Positions 27,068 through 41,503 of a stretch of DNA of 64,000 nucleotides are shown here, piece by piece. The notes beneath the pieces were generated by a model. The model searched no databases. It worked only from the letters and a program-made list of their open reading frames with translations, and was not told where the DNA came from. How positions within the stretch are numbered: position 1 is the first letter of the stretch; every line of letters starts with the position of its first letter. The DNA is from the human T2T-CHM13v2.0 reference genome, Homo sapiens. The DNA lies in the NCBI RefSeq assembly GCF_009914755.1, contig NC_060939.1; one strand, written 5' to 3'. The position numbers were made by a program, and so were the translations under genes.

Positions 27068-30000
27068 CTATTTGAGTCCATTCCCTTTGATTCCATAACA
27101 TTTGAGTCCATTCAATTCCATTCCTTTCGTTTCCATTCCATTTGATGCCATTCCATTCAATTCTGTTCTACTCGACTCCAATACATTCAATTCCATTCCA
27201 TCCGATTCCATTACATTCTTTTCATTTCTTATCCATTTCAAGCCATTCCACTCCATTCCATTCCACTCGTTTCCTTTCCATTCGAGTCCATTCCTCTCCA
27301 GTCCATTCCGTTCAATCCATTCCATTCCAGTCCATTCCATTCGAGTCCGTTCCATTCCAGTCCATTCCATTCGAGTCAATTCCATCCCATTCGATGTCTT
27401 TCCATAACGATCCATTCCATTCTATTCCTTTCGATTCCATTCCATTCTATTTCATTCCATTCGATTCCCTTCCATTGGACTCCTTTCCATTCGAGTGCAT
27501 TCCATTCCGTTCCATTTCTTTCCGTTCTGTACGATTCCTACCGTTCGATTTCATTTTGTTCCAGTCCATTCCTTTCGCGTCCATTCCATTCCGTTTCACT
27601 CCATTCGATTCCATTCCACTCGATTCCACTTCGTTCCATTTCATTGCATTCCATTCTATTCAACTCTATTGCCTTCCATTCCATTCCTTTCGATTACATT
27701 CCATGCGATTCCATTCGAAATCGAATCAATTACATTGCAATCCATTACTATTGAGTCCGTTTTATTCCAGTCCACTGCATTCTGGTCCATTCCATTTGAT
27801 TCCATTCCATTCTATTCCATTCCATACAGTTGCATTCCATTGGATTCCATGCTATATCTATAAATTCAATTCGAGACCATTGCTTTTGAGTCCATTCTAT
27901 ATGATTCCATTCCATTCAAGTCCATTACATTTGGTTAAATTCCATTCCATTCGGTTCAATTCCATTCCATTCCATTCCCTTCCATTCCATTCCAGTTGAT
28001 ATCAATCCATTCGATTCCATTCCATTCGAGCACATTCCATTCGAGTCCATTCCATTCGATGCCATTCCATTTGATTCTATTCCATTAGTCTCCATTCAAT
28101 TCCATTAATCTCCATTCCATTCCATTCTACTCCAACTGATTCCATTCCATTCTATTCATTTCCATTCCATTTCATTCCATTCCATTCCATTCCATTCCAT
28201 TCCATTCGTGTCCATTCCACTCCAGTCCATTCCATTCGTATCCATTCCATTCCAGTCCATTCCATTTGTGTCCACTGCATTCCATTCCACTCCATTCCAT
28301 ATTATTCCATTACACTCCATTCCATTCTATTACTTTCATTTCCATTCAATTCCATTCCATTTGATTCCATTCCACTCGGTTTCATTCCATTTGAGTCCAC
28401 TCCATTCCATTCCATTCCATTCAGTTCCATTCCATTCTGTTCCATTCCATTCCGTTCCATTACATTCCATTCCATTCGGTACCATTCCATATTGTTCCAT
28501 TCGATTCCATTCGAATCCATTCCATTCCAGTCCATTCCATTCGATTCCATTCCATTCATTTCCATTCCATTCCATTCCATTCCATTACATTCCACTTGAT
28601 TCCTCTCCATTCCCTTCCACTGCATTCCGTTCGATTCCATTCCATTGCATTGCATTCCATTCCATTGGATTGCATTCCATTCGATTCCATTCCATTCGAA
28701 TCAATTACATAGCAATCCATTACATTCGAGTCTATTCTATTCCGTTCCATTCGATTTCGTTCCAATCCATTCGATTCCATTCCATTCGATTCCATTCCAT
28801 ACTATTGCATTCCATTCGATTACATTATATTCGAATAAGTTCCATTCAAGACCATTTCTTTTGAGTCCATTCTATTTGAGTCCATTCCCTTTGATTCCAT
28901 AACATTTGAGTCCATTCAATTCCATTCCTTTCGTTTGCATTCCATTTGATGCCATTCCATTCAATTCTGTTCTACTCGACTCCAATACATTCAATTCCAT
29001 TCCATCCGATTCCATTACATTCTTTTCATTTCTTATCCATTTCAAGCCATTCCACTCCATTCCATTCCACTCGTTTCCTTTCCATTCGAGTCCATTCCTC
29101 TCCAGTCCATTCCGTTCAATCCATTCCATTCCAGTCCATTCCATTCGAGTCCGTTCCATTCCAGTCCATTCCATTCGAGTCAATTCCATTCCATTCGATG
29201 TCTTTCCATAACGATCCATTCCATTCTATTCCTTTCGATTCCATTCCATTCTATTTCATTCCATTCGATTCCCTTCCATTGGACTCCTTTCCATTCGAGT
29301 GCATTCCATTCCGTTCCATTTCTTTCCGTTCTGTACGATTCCTACCGTTCGATTTCATTTTGTTCCAGTCCATTCTTTCGCGTCCATTCCATTCCATTTC
29401 ACTCCATTCGATTCCATTCCACTCGATTCCACTTCGTTCCATTTCATTGCATTCCATTCTATTCAACTCTATTGCCTTCCATTCCATTCCATTCGATTAC
29501 ATTCCATGCGATTCCATTCGAAATCGAATCAATTACATTGCAATCCATTACTATTGAGTCCGTTTTATTCCAGTCCACTGCATTCTGGTCCATTCCATTT
29601 GATTCCATTCCATTCTATTCCATTCCATACAGTTGCATTCCATTGGATTCCATGCTATATCTATAAATTCAATTCGAGACCATTGCTTTTGAGTCCATTC
29701 TATATGATTCCATTCCATTCAAGTCCATTACATTTGGTTAAATTCCATTCCATTCGGTTCAATTCCATTCCATTCCATTCCCTTCCATTCCATTCCAGTT
29801 GATATCAATCCATTCGATTCCATTCCATTCGAGCACATTCCATTCGAGTCCATTCCATTCGATGCCATTCCATTTGATTCTATTCCATTAGTCTCCATTC
29901 AATTCCATTAATCTCCATTCCATTCCATTCTACTCCAACTGATTCCATTCCATTCCATTCCTTTTTATTCCATTTCATTCCATTCCATTCCATTCCATTC

Positions 30001-31520
30001 CATTCCATTCGTGTCCATTCCACTCCAGTCCATTCCATTCGTATCCATTCCATTCCAGTCCATTCCATTTGTGTCCACTGCATTCCATTCCACTCCATTC
30101 CATATTATTCCATTACACTCCATTCCATTCTATTACTTTCATTTCCATTCAATTCCATTCCATTTGATTCCATTCCACTCGGTTTCATTCCATTTGAGTC
30201 CACTCCATTCCATTCCATTCCATTCAGTTCCATTCCATTCTGTTCCATTCCATTCCGTTCCATTACATTCCATTCCATTCGGTACCATTCCATATTGTTC
30301 CATTCGATTCCATTCGAATCCATTCCATTCCAGTCCATTCCATTCGATTCCATTCCATTCATTTCAATTCCATTCCATTCCATTCCATTACATTCCACTT
30401 GATTCCTCTCCATTCCCTTCCACTGCATTCCGTTCGATTCCATTCCATTGCATTGCATTCCATTCCATTGGATTGCATTCCATTCGATTCCATTCCATTC
30501 GAATCAATTACATAGCAATCCATTACATTCGAGTCTATTCTCTTCCGTTCCATTCGATTTCGTTCCAATCCATTCGATTCCATTCCATTCGATTCCATTC
30601 CATACTATTGCATTCCATTCGATTACATTATATTCGAATAAGTTCCATTCAAGACCATTTCTTTTGAGTCCATTCTATTTGAGTCCATTCCCTTTGATTC
30701 CATAACATTTGAGTCCATTCAATTCCATTCCTTTCGTTTCCATTCCATTTGATGCCATTCCATTCAATTCTGTTCTACTCGACTCCAATACATTCAATTC
30801 CATTCCATCCGATTCCATTACATTCTTTTCATTTCTTATCCATTTCAAGCCATTCCACTCCATTCCATTCCACTCGTTTCTTTTCCATTCGAGTCCATTC
30901 CTCTCCAGTCCATTCCGTTCAATCCATTCCATTCCAGTCCATTCCATTCGAGTCCGTTCCATTCCAGTCCATTCCATTCGAGTCAATTCCATTCCATTCG
31001 ATGTCTTTCCATAACGATCCATTCCATTCTATTCCTTTCGATTCCATTCTATTCTATTTCATTCCATTCGATTCCCTTCCATTGGACTCCTTTCCATTCG
31101 AGTGCATTCCATTCCGTTCCATTTCTTTCCGTTCTGTACGATTCCTACCGTTCAATTTCATTTTGTTCCAGTCCATTCTTTCGCGTCCATTCCATTCCAT
31201 TTCACTCCATTCGATTCCATTCCACTCGATTCCACTTCGTTCCATTTCATTGCATTCCATTCTATTCAACTCTATTGCCTTCCATTCCATTCCATTCGAT
31301 TACATTCCATGCGATTCCATTCGAAATCGAATCAATTACATTGCAATCCATTACTATTGAGTCCGTTTTATTCCAGTCCACTGCATTCTGGTCCATTCCA
31401 TTTGATTCCATTCCATTCTATTCCATTCCATACAGTTGCATTCCATTGGATTCCATGCTATATCTATAAATTCAATTCGAGACCATTGCTTTTGAGTCCA
31501 TTCTATATGATTCCATTCCA

Positions 31521-31560
31521 TTCAAGTCCATTACATTTGGTTCAAGTCCATTACATTTGG
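31521..31560 (+). repeat. Private perfect 20-bp tandem duplication TTCAAGTCCATTACATTTGG x2
   Basis: Read directly at 31521-31540 and 31541-31560. I saw it in no other unit. Confidence 0.92.
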
Positions 31561-34500
31561 TTCAATTCCATTCCATTCCATTCCCTTCCATTCCATTCCA
31601 GTTGATATCAATCCATTCGATTCCATTCCATTCGAGCACATTCCATTCGAGTCCATTCCATTCGATGCCATTCCATTTGATTCTATTCCATTAGTCTCCA
31701 TTCAATTCCATTAATCTCCATTCCATTCCATTCTACTCCAACTGATTCCATTCCATTCTATTCCTTTCCATTCCATTTCATTCCATTCCATTCCATTTCA
31801 TTCCATTCCATTCCATTCGTGTCCATTCCACTCCAGTCCATTCCATTCGTGTCCATTCCATTCCAGTCCATTCCATTTGTGTCCACTGCATTCCATTCCA
31901 CTCCATTCCATATTATTCCATTACACTCCATTCCATTCTATTACTTTCATTTCCATTCAATTCCATTCCATTTGATTCCATTCCACTCGGTTTCATTCCA
32001 TTTGAGTCCACTCCATTCCATTCCATTCCATTCAGTTCCATTCCATTCTGTTCCATTCCATTCCGTTCCATTACATTCCATTCCATTCGGTACCATTCCA
32101 TATTGTTCCATTCGATTCCATTCGAATCCATTCCATTCCAGTCCATTCCATTCGATTCCATTCCATTCATTTCAATTCCATTCCATTCCATTCCATTACA
32201 TTCCACTTGATTCCTCTCCATTCCCTTCCAGTGCATTCCGTTCGATTCCATTCCATTGCATTGCATTCCATTCCATTGGATTGCATTCCATTCGATTCCA
32301 TTCCATTCGAATCAATTACATAGCAATCCATTACATTCGAGTCTATTCTCTTCCGTTCCATTCGATTTCGTTCCAATCCATTCGATTCCATTCCATTCGA
32401 TTCCATTCCATACTATTGCATTCCATTCGATTACATTATATTCGAATAAGTTCCATTCAAGACCATTTCTTTTGAGTCCATTCTATTTGAGTCCATTCCC
32501 TTTGATTCCATAACATTTGAGTCCATTCAATTCCATTCCTTTCGTTTCCATTCCATTTGATGCCATTCCATTCAATTCTGTTCTACTCGACTCCAATACA
32601 TTCAATTCCATTCCATCCGATTCCATTACATTCTTTTCATTTCTTATCCATTTCAAGCCATTCCACTCCATTCCATTCCACTCGTTTCCTTTCCATTCGA
32701 GTCCATTCCTCTCCAGTCCATTCCGTTCAATCCATTCCATTCCAGTCCATTCCATTCGAGTCCGTTCCATTCCAGTCCATTCCATTCGAGTCAATTCCAT
32801 TCCATTCGATGTCTTTCCATAACGATCCATTCCATTCTATTCCTTTCGATTCCATTCCATTCTATTTCATTCCATTCGATTCCCTTCCATTGGACTCCTT
32901 TCCATTCGAGTGCATTCCATTCCGTTCCATTTCTTTCCGTTCTGTACGATTCCTACCGTTCGATTTCATTTTGTTCCAGTCCATTCTTTCGCGTCCATTC
33001 CATTCCATTTCACTCCATTCGATTCCATTCCACTCGATTCCACTTCGTTCCATTTCATTGCATTCCATTCTATTCAACTCTATTGCCTTCCATTCCATTC
33101 CATTCGATTACATTCCATGCGATTCCATTCGAAATCGAATCAATTACATTGCAATCCATTACTATTGAGTCCGTTTTATTCCAGTCCACTGCATTCTGGT
33201 CCATTCCATTTGATTCCATTCCATTCTATTCCATTCCATACAGTTGCATTCCATTGGATTCCATGCTATATCTATAAATTCAATTCGAGACCATTGCTTT
33301 TGAGTCCATTCTATATGATTCCATTCCATTCAAGTCCATTACATTTGGTTAAATTCCATTCCATTCGGTTCAATTCCATTCCATTCCATTCCCTTCCATT
33401 CCATTCCAGTTGATATCAATCCATTCGATTCCATTCCATTCGAGCACATTCCATTCGAGTCCATTCCATTCGATGCCATTCCATTTGATTCTATTCCATT
33501 AGTCTCCATTCAATTCCATTAATCTCCATTCCATTCCATTCTACTCCAACTGATTCCATTCCATTCTATTCCTTTCCATTCCATTTCATTCTATTCCATT
33601 CCATTCCATTCCATTCCATTCCATTCGTGTCCATTCCACTCCAGTCCATTCCATTCGTATCCATTCCATTCCAGTCCATTCCATTTGTGTCCACTGCATT
33701 CCATTCCACTCCATTCCATATTATTCCATTACACTCCATTCCATTCTATTACTTTCATTTCCATTCAATTCCATTCCATTTGATTCCATTCCACTCGGTT
33801 TCATTCCATTTGAGTCCACTCCATTCCATTCCATTCCATTCAGTTCCATTCCATTCTGTTCCATTCCATTCCGTTCCATTACATTCCATTCCATTCGGTA
33901 CCATTCCATATTGTTCCATTCGATTCCATTCGAATCCATTCCATTCCAGTCCATTCCATTCGATTCCATTCCATTCATTTCAATTCCATTCCATTCCATT
34001 CCATTACATTCCACTTGATTCCTCTCCATTCCCTTCCACTGCATTCCGTTCGATTCCATTCCATTGCATTGCATTCCATTCTATTGGATTGCATTCCATT
34101 CGATTCCATTCCATTCGAATCAATTACATAGCAATCCATTACATTCGAGTCTATTCTCTTCCGTTCCATTCGATTTCGTTCCAATCCATTCGATTCCATT
34201 CCATTCGGTTCCATTCCATACTATTGCATTCCATTCGATTACATTATATTCGAATAAGTTCCATTCAAGACCATTTCTTTTGAGTCCATTCTATTTGAGT
34301 CCATTCCCTTTGATTCCATAACATTTGAGTCCATTCAATTCCATTCCTTTCGTTTCCATTCCATTTGATGCCATTCCATTCAATTCTGTTCTACTCGACT
34401 CCAATACATTCAATTCCATTCCATCCGATTCCATTACATTCTTTTCATTTCTTATCCATTTCAAGCCATTCCACTCCATTCCATTCCACTCGTTTCCTTT

Positions 34501-37500
34501 CCATTCGAGTCCATTCCTCTCCAGTCCATTCCGTTCAATCCATTCCATTCCAGTCCATTCCATTCGAGTCCGTTCCATTCCAGTCCATTCCATTCGAGTC
34601 AATTCCATTCCATTCGATGTCTTTCCATAACGATCCATTCCATTCTATTCCTTTCGATTCCATTCCATTCTATTTCATTCCATTCGATTCCCTTCCATTG
34701 GACTCCTTTCCATTCGAGTGCATTCCATTCCGTTCCATTTCTTTCCGTTCTGTACGATTCCTACCGTTCGATTTCATTTTGTTCCAGTCCATTCTTTCGC
34801 GTCCATTCCATTCCATTTCACTCCATTCGATTCCATTCCACTCGATTCCACTTCGTTCCATTTCATTGCATTCCATTCCATTCAACTCTATTGCCTTCCA
34901 TTCCATTCCATTCCATTACATTCCATGCGATTCCATTCGAAATCGAATCAATTACATTGCAATCCATTACTATTGAGTCCGTTTTATTCCAGTCCACTGC
35001 ATTCTGGTCCATTCCATTTGATTCCATTCCATTCTATTCCATTCCATACAGTTGCATTCCATTGGATTCCATGCTATATCTATAAATTCAATTCGAGACC
35101 ATTGCTTTTGAGTCCATTCTATATGATTCCATTCCATTCAAGTCCATTACATTTGGTTAAATTCCATTCCATTCGGTTCAATTCCATTCCATTCCATTCC
35201 CTTCCATTCCATTCCAGTTGATATCAATCCATTCGATTCCATTCCATTCGAGCACATTCCATTCGAGTCCATTCCATTCGATGCCATTCCATTTGATTCT
35301 ATTCCATTAGTCTCCATTCAATTCCATTAATCTCCATTCCATTCCATTCTACTCCAACTGATTCCATTCCATTCTATTCCATTCCATTCCATTTCATTCC
35401 ATTCAATTCCATTCCATTCCATTCCATTCCATTCCATTCCATTCCATTCGTGTCCATTCCACTCCAGTCCATTCCAATCGTATCCATTCCATTCCAGTCC
35501 ATTCCATTTGTGTCCACTGCATTCCATTCCACTCCATTCCATATTATTCCATTACACTCCATTCCATTCTATTACTTTCATTTCCATTCAATTCCATTCC
35601 ATTTGATTCCATTCAACTCGGTTTCATTCCATTTGAGTCCACTCCATTCCATTCCATTCCATTCAGTTCCATTCCATTCTGTTCCATTCCATTCCGTTCC
35701 ATTACATTCCATTCCATTCGGTACCATTCCATATTGTTCCATTCGATTCCATTCGAATCCATTCCATTCCAGTCCATTCCATTCGATTCCATTCCATTCA
35801 TTTCAATTCCATTCCATTCCATTCCATTACATTCCACTTGATTCCTCTCCATTCCCTTCCAGTGCATTCCGTTCGATTCCATTCCATTGCATTGCATTCC
35901 ATTCCATTGGATTGCATTCCATTCGATTCCATTCCATTCGAATCAATTACATAGCAATCCATTACATTCGAGTCTATTCTCTTCCGTTCCATTCGATTTC
36001 GTTCCAATCCATTCGATTCCATTCCATTCGATTCCATTCCATACTATTGCATTCCATTCGATTACATTATATTCGAATAAGTTCCATTCAAGACCATTTC
36101 TTTTGAGTCCATTCTATTTGAGTCCATTCCCTTTGATTCCATAACATTTGAGTCCATTCAATTCCATTCCTTTCGTTTCCATTCCATTTGATGCCATTCC
36201 ATTCAATTCTGTTCTACTCGACTCCAATACATTCAATTCCATTCCATCCAATTCCATTACATTCTTTTCATTTCTTATCCATTTCAAGCCATTCCACTCC
36301 ATTCCATTCCACTCGTTTCCTTTCCATTCGAGTCCATTCCTCTCCAGTCCATTCCGTTCAATCCATTCCATTCCAGTCCATTCCATTCGAGTCCGTTCCA
36401 TTCCAGTCCATTCCATTCGAGTCAATTCCATTCCATTCGATGTCTTTCCATAACGATCCATTCCATTCTATTCCTTTCGATTCCATTCCATTCTATTTCA
36501 TTCCATTCGATTCCCTTCCATTGGACTCCTTTCCATTCGAGTGCATTCCATTCCGTTCCATTTCTTTCCGTTCTGTACGATTCCTACCGTTCGATTTCAT
36601 TTTGTTCCAGTCCATTCCTTTCGCGTCCATTCCATTCCATTTCACTCCATTCGATTCCATTCCACTCGATTCCACTTCGTTCCATTTCATTGCATTCCAT
36701 TCTATTCAACTCTATTGCCTTCCATTCCATTCCATTCGATTACATTCCATGCGATTCCATTCGAAATCGAATCAATTACATTGCAAACCATTACTATTGA
36801 GTCGGTTTTATTCCAGTCCACTGCATTCTGGTCCATTCCATTTGATTCCATTCCATTCTATTCCATTCCATACAGTTGCATTCCATTGGATTCCATGCTA
36901 TATCTATAAATTCAATTCGAGACCATTGCTTTTGAGTCCATTCTATATGATTCCATTCCATTCAAGTCCATTACATTTGGTTCAATTCCATTCCATTCCA
37001 TTCCCTTCCATTCCATTCCATTTGATATCAATCCATTCGATTCCATTCCATTCGAGCACATTCCATTCGAGTCCATTCCATTCGATGCCATTCCATTTGA
37101 TTCTATTCCATTAGTCTCCATTCAATTCCATTAATCTCCATTCCATTCCATTCTACTCCAACTGATTCCATTCCATTCTATTCCTTTCCATTCCATTTCA
37201 TTCCATTCCATTCCATTCCATTCGTGTCCATTCCACTCCAGTCCATTCCATTCGTATCCATTCCATTCCAGTCCATTCCATTTGTGTCCACTGCATTCCA
37301 TTCCACTCCATTCCATATTATTCCATTACACTCCATTCCATTCTATTACTTTCATTTCCATTCAATTCCATTCCATTTGATTCCATTCCACTCGGTTTCA
37401 TTCCATTTGAGTCCACTCCATTCCATTCCATTCCATTCAGTTCCATTCCATTCTGTTCCATTCCATTCCGTTCCATTACATTCCATTCCATTCGGTACCA

Positions 37501-37887
37501 TTCCATATTGTTCCATTCGATTCCATTCGAATCCATTCCATTCCAGTCCATTCCATTCGATTCCATTCCATTCATTTCAATTCCATTCCATTCCATTCCA
37601 TTACATTCCACTTGATTCCTCTCCATTCCCTTCCACTGCATTCCGTTCGATTCCATTCCATTGCATTGCATTCCATTCCATTGGATTGCATTCCATTCGA
37701 TTCCATTCCATTCGAATCAATTACGTAGCAATCCATTACATTCGAGTGTATTCTCTTCCGTTCCATTCGATTTCGTTCCAATCCATTCGATTCCATTCCA
37801 TTCGATTCCATTCCATACTATTGCATTCCATTCGATTACATTATATTCGAATAAGTTCCATTCAAGACCATTTCTTTTGAGTCCATT

Positions 37888-40800
37888 CTATTTGAGTCCA
37901 TTCCCTTTGATTCCATAACATTTGAGTCCATTCAATTCCATTCCTTTCGTTTCCATTCCATTTGATGCCATTCCATTCAATTCTGTTCTACTCGACTCCA
38001 ATACATTCAATTCCATTCCATCCGATTCCATTACATTCTCTTCATTTCTTATCCATTTCAAGCCATTCCACTCCATTCCATTCCACTCGTTTCCTTTCCA
38101 TTCGAGTCCATTCCTCTCCAGTCCATTCTGTTCAATCCATTCCATTCCAGTCCATTCCATTCGAGTCCGTTCCATTCCAGTCCATTCCATTCGAGTCAAT
38201 TCCATCCCATTCGATGTCTTTCCATAACGATCCATTCCATTCTATTCCTTTCGATTCCATTCCATTCTATTTCATTCCATTCGATTCCCTTCCATTGGAC
38301 TCCTTTCCATTCGAGTGCATTCCATTCCGTTCCATTTCTTTCCGTTCTGTACGATTCCTACCGTTCGATTTCATTTTCTTCCAGTCCATTCTTTCGCGTC
38401 CATTCCATTCCATTTCACTCCATTCGATTACATTCCACTCGATTCCACTTCGTTCCATTTCATTGCATTCCATTCTATTCAACTCTATTGCCTTCCATTC
38501 CATTCCATTCGATTACATTCCATGCGATTCCATTCGAAATCGAATCAATTACATTGCAATCCATTACTATTGAGTCCGTTTTATTCCAGTCCACTGCATT
38601 CTGGTCCATTCCATTTGATTCCATTCCATTCTATTCCATTCCATACAGTTGCATTCCATTGGATTCCATGCTATATCTATAAATTCAATTCGAGACCATT
38701 GCTTTTGAGTCCATTCTATATGATTCCATTCCATTCAAGTCCATTACATTTGGTTAAATTCCATTCCATTCGGTTCAATTCCATTCCATTCCATTCCCTT
38801 CCATTCCATTCCAGTTCATATCAATCCATTCGATTCCATTCCATTCGAGCACATTCCATTCGAGTCCATTCCATTCGATGCCATTCCATTTGATTCTATT
38901 CCATTAGTCTCCATTCAATTCCATTAATCTCCATTCCATTCCATTCTACTCCAACTGATTCCATTCCATTCTATTCCTTTCCATTCCATTTCATTCCATT
39001 CCGTTCCATTCCATTTCGTTCCATTCCATTCGTGTCCATTCCACTCCAGTCCATTCCATTCGTATCCATTCCATTCCAGTCCATTCCATTTGTGTCCACT
39101 GCATTCCATTCCACTCCATTCCATATTATTCCATTACACTCCATTCCATTCTATTACTTTCATTTCCATTCAATTCCATTCCATTTGATTCCATTCCACT
39201 CGGTTTCATTCCATTTGAGTCCACTCCATTCCATTCCATTCCATTCAGTTCCATTCCATTCTGTTCCATTCCATTCCGTTCCATTACATTCCATTCCATT
39301 CGGTACCATTCCATATTGTTCCATTCGATTCCATTCGAATCCATTCCATTCCAGTCCATTCCATTCGATTCCATTCCATTCATTTCAATTCCATTCCTTT
39401 CCATTCCATTACATTCCACTTGATTCCTCTCCATTCCCTTCCACTGCATTCCGTTCGATTCCATTCCATTGCATTGCATTCCATTCCATTGGATTGCATT
39501 CCATTCGATTCCATTCCATTCGAATCAATTACATAGCAATCCATTACATTCGAGTCTATTCTCTTCCGTTCCATTCGATTTCGTTCCAATCCATTCGATT
39601 CCATTCCATTCGATTCCATTCCATACTATTGCATTCCATTCGATTACATTATATTCGAATAAGTTCCATTCAAGACCATTTCTTTTGAGTCCATTTTATT
39701 TGAGTCCATTCCCTTTGATTCCATAACATTTGAGTCCATTCAATTCCATTCCTTTCGTTTCCATTCCATTTGATGCCATTCCATTCAATTCTGTTCTACT
39801 CGACTCCAATACATTCAATTCCATTCCATCCGATTCCATTACATTCTTTTCATTTCTTATCCATTTCAAGCCATTCCACTCCATTCCATTCCACTCGTTT
39901 CCTTTCCATTCGAGTCCATTCCTCTCCAGTCCATTCTGTTCAATCCATTCCATTCCAGTCCATTCCATTCGAGTCCGTTCCATTCCAGTCCATTCCATTC
40001 GAGTCAATTCCATCCCATTCGATGTCTTTCCATAACGATCCATTCCATTCTATTCCTTTCGATTCCATTCCATTCTATTTCATTCCATTCGATTCCCTTC
40101 CATTGGACTCCTTTCCATTCGAGTGCATTCCATTCCGTTCCATTTCTTTCCGTTCTGTACGATTCCTACCGTTCGATTTCATTTTCTTCCAGTCCATTCT
40201 TTCGCGTCCATTCCATTCCATTTCACTCCATTCGATTCCATTCCACTCGATTCCACTTCGTTCCATTTCATTGCATTCCATTCTATTCAACTCTATTGCC
40301 TTCCATTCCATTCCATTCGATTACATTCCATGCGATTCCATTCGAAATCGAATCAATTACATTGCAATCCATTACTATTGAGTCCGTTTTATTCCAGTCC
40401 ACTGCATTCTGGTCCATTCCATTTGATTCCATTCCATTCTATTCCATTCCATACAGTTGCATTCCATTGGATTCCATGCTATATCTATAAATTCAATTCG
40501 AGACCATTGCTTTTGAGTCCATTCTATATGATTCCATTCCATTCAAGTCCATTACATTTGGTTAAATTCCATTCCATTCGGTTCAATTCCATTCCATTCC
40601 ATTCCCTTCCATTCCATTCCAGTTCATATCAATCCATTCGATTCCATTCCATTCGAGCACATTCCATTCGAGTCCATTCCATTCGATGCCATTCCATTTG
40701 ATTCTATTCCATTAGTCTCCATTCAATTCCATTAATCTCCATTCCATTCCATTCTACTCCAACTGATTCCATTCCATTCTATTCCTTTCCATTCCATTTC

Positions 40801-41503
40801 ATTCCATTCCGTTCCATTCCATTTCGTTCCATTCCATTCGTGTCCATTCCACTCCAGTCCATTCCATTCGTATCCATTCCATTCCAGTCCATTCCATTTG
40901 TGTCCACTGCATTCCATTCCACTCCATTCCATATTATTCCATTACACTCCATTCCATTCTATTACTTTCATTTCCATTCAATTCCATTCCATTTGATTCC
41001 ATTCCACTCGGTTTCATTCCATTTGAGTCCACTCCATTCCATTCCATTCCATTCAGTTCCATTCCATTCTGTTCCATTCCATTCCGTTCCATTACATTCC
41101 ATTCCATTCGGTACCATTCCATATTGTTCCATTCGATTCCATTCGAATCCATTCCATTCCAGTCCATTCCATTCGATTCCATTCCATTCATTTCAATTCC
41201 ATTCCTTTCCATTCCATTACATTCCACTTGATTCCTCTCCATTCCCTTCCACTGCATTCCGTTCGATTCCATTCCATTGCATTGCATTCCATTCCATTGG
41301 ATTGCATTCCATTCGATTCCATTCCATTCGAATCAATTACATAGCAATCCATTACATTCGAGTCTATTCTCTTCCGTTCCATTCGATTTCGTTCCAATCC
41401 ATTCGATTCCATTCCATTCGATTCCATTCCATACTATTGCATTCCATTCGATTACATTATATTCGAATAAGTTCCATTCAAGACCATTTCTTTTGAGTCC
41501 ATT
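37888..41503 (+). repeat. Recent tandem duplication of one unit (2 x 1808 bp)
   Basis: Both units share rare variants CATTCTGTTCAAT (~38124/39932), CCAGTTCATATC (~38811/40619), CCGTTCCATTCCATTTCGTT (~39001/40809) and CCATTCCTTTCCATTCCATTAC (~39391/41199). Confidence 0.88.
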
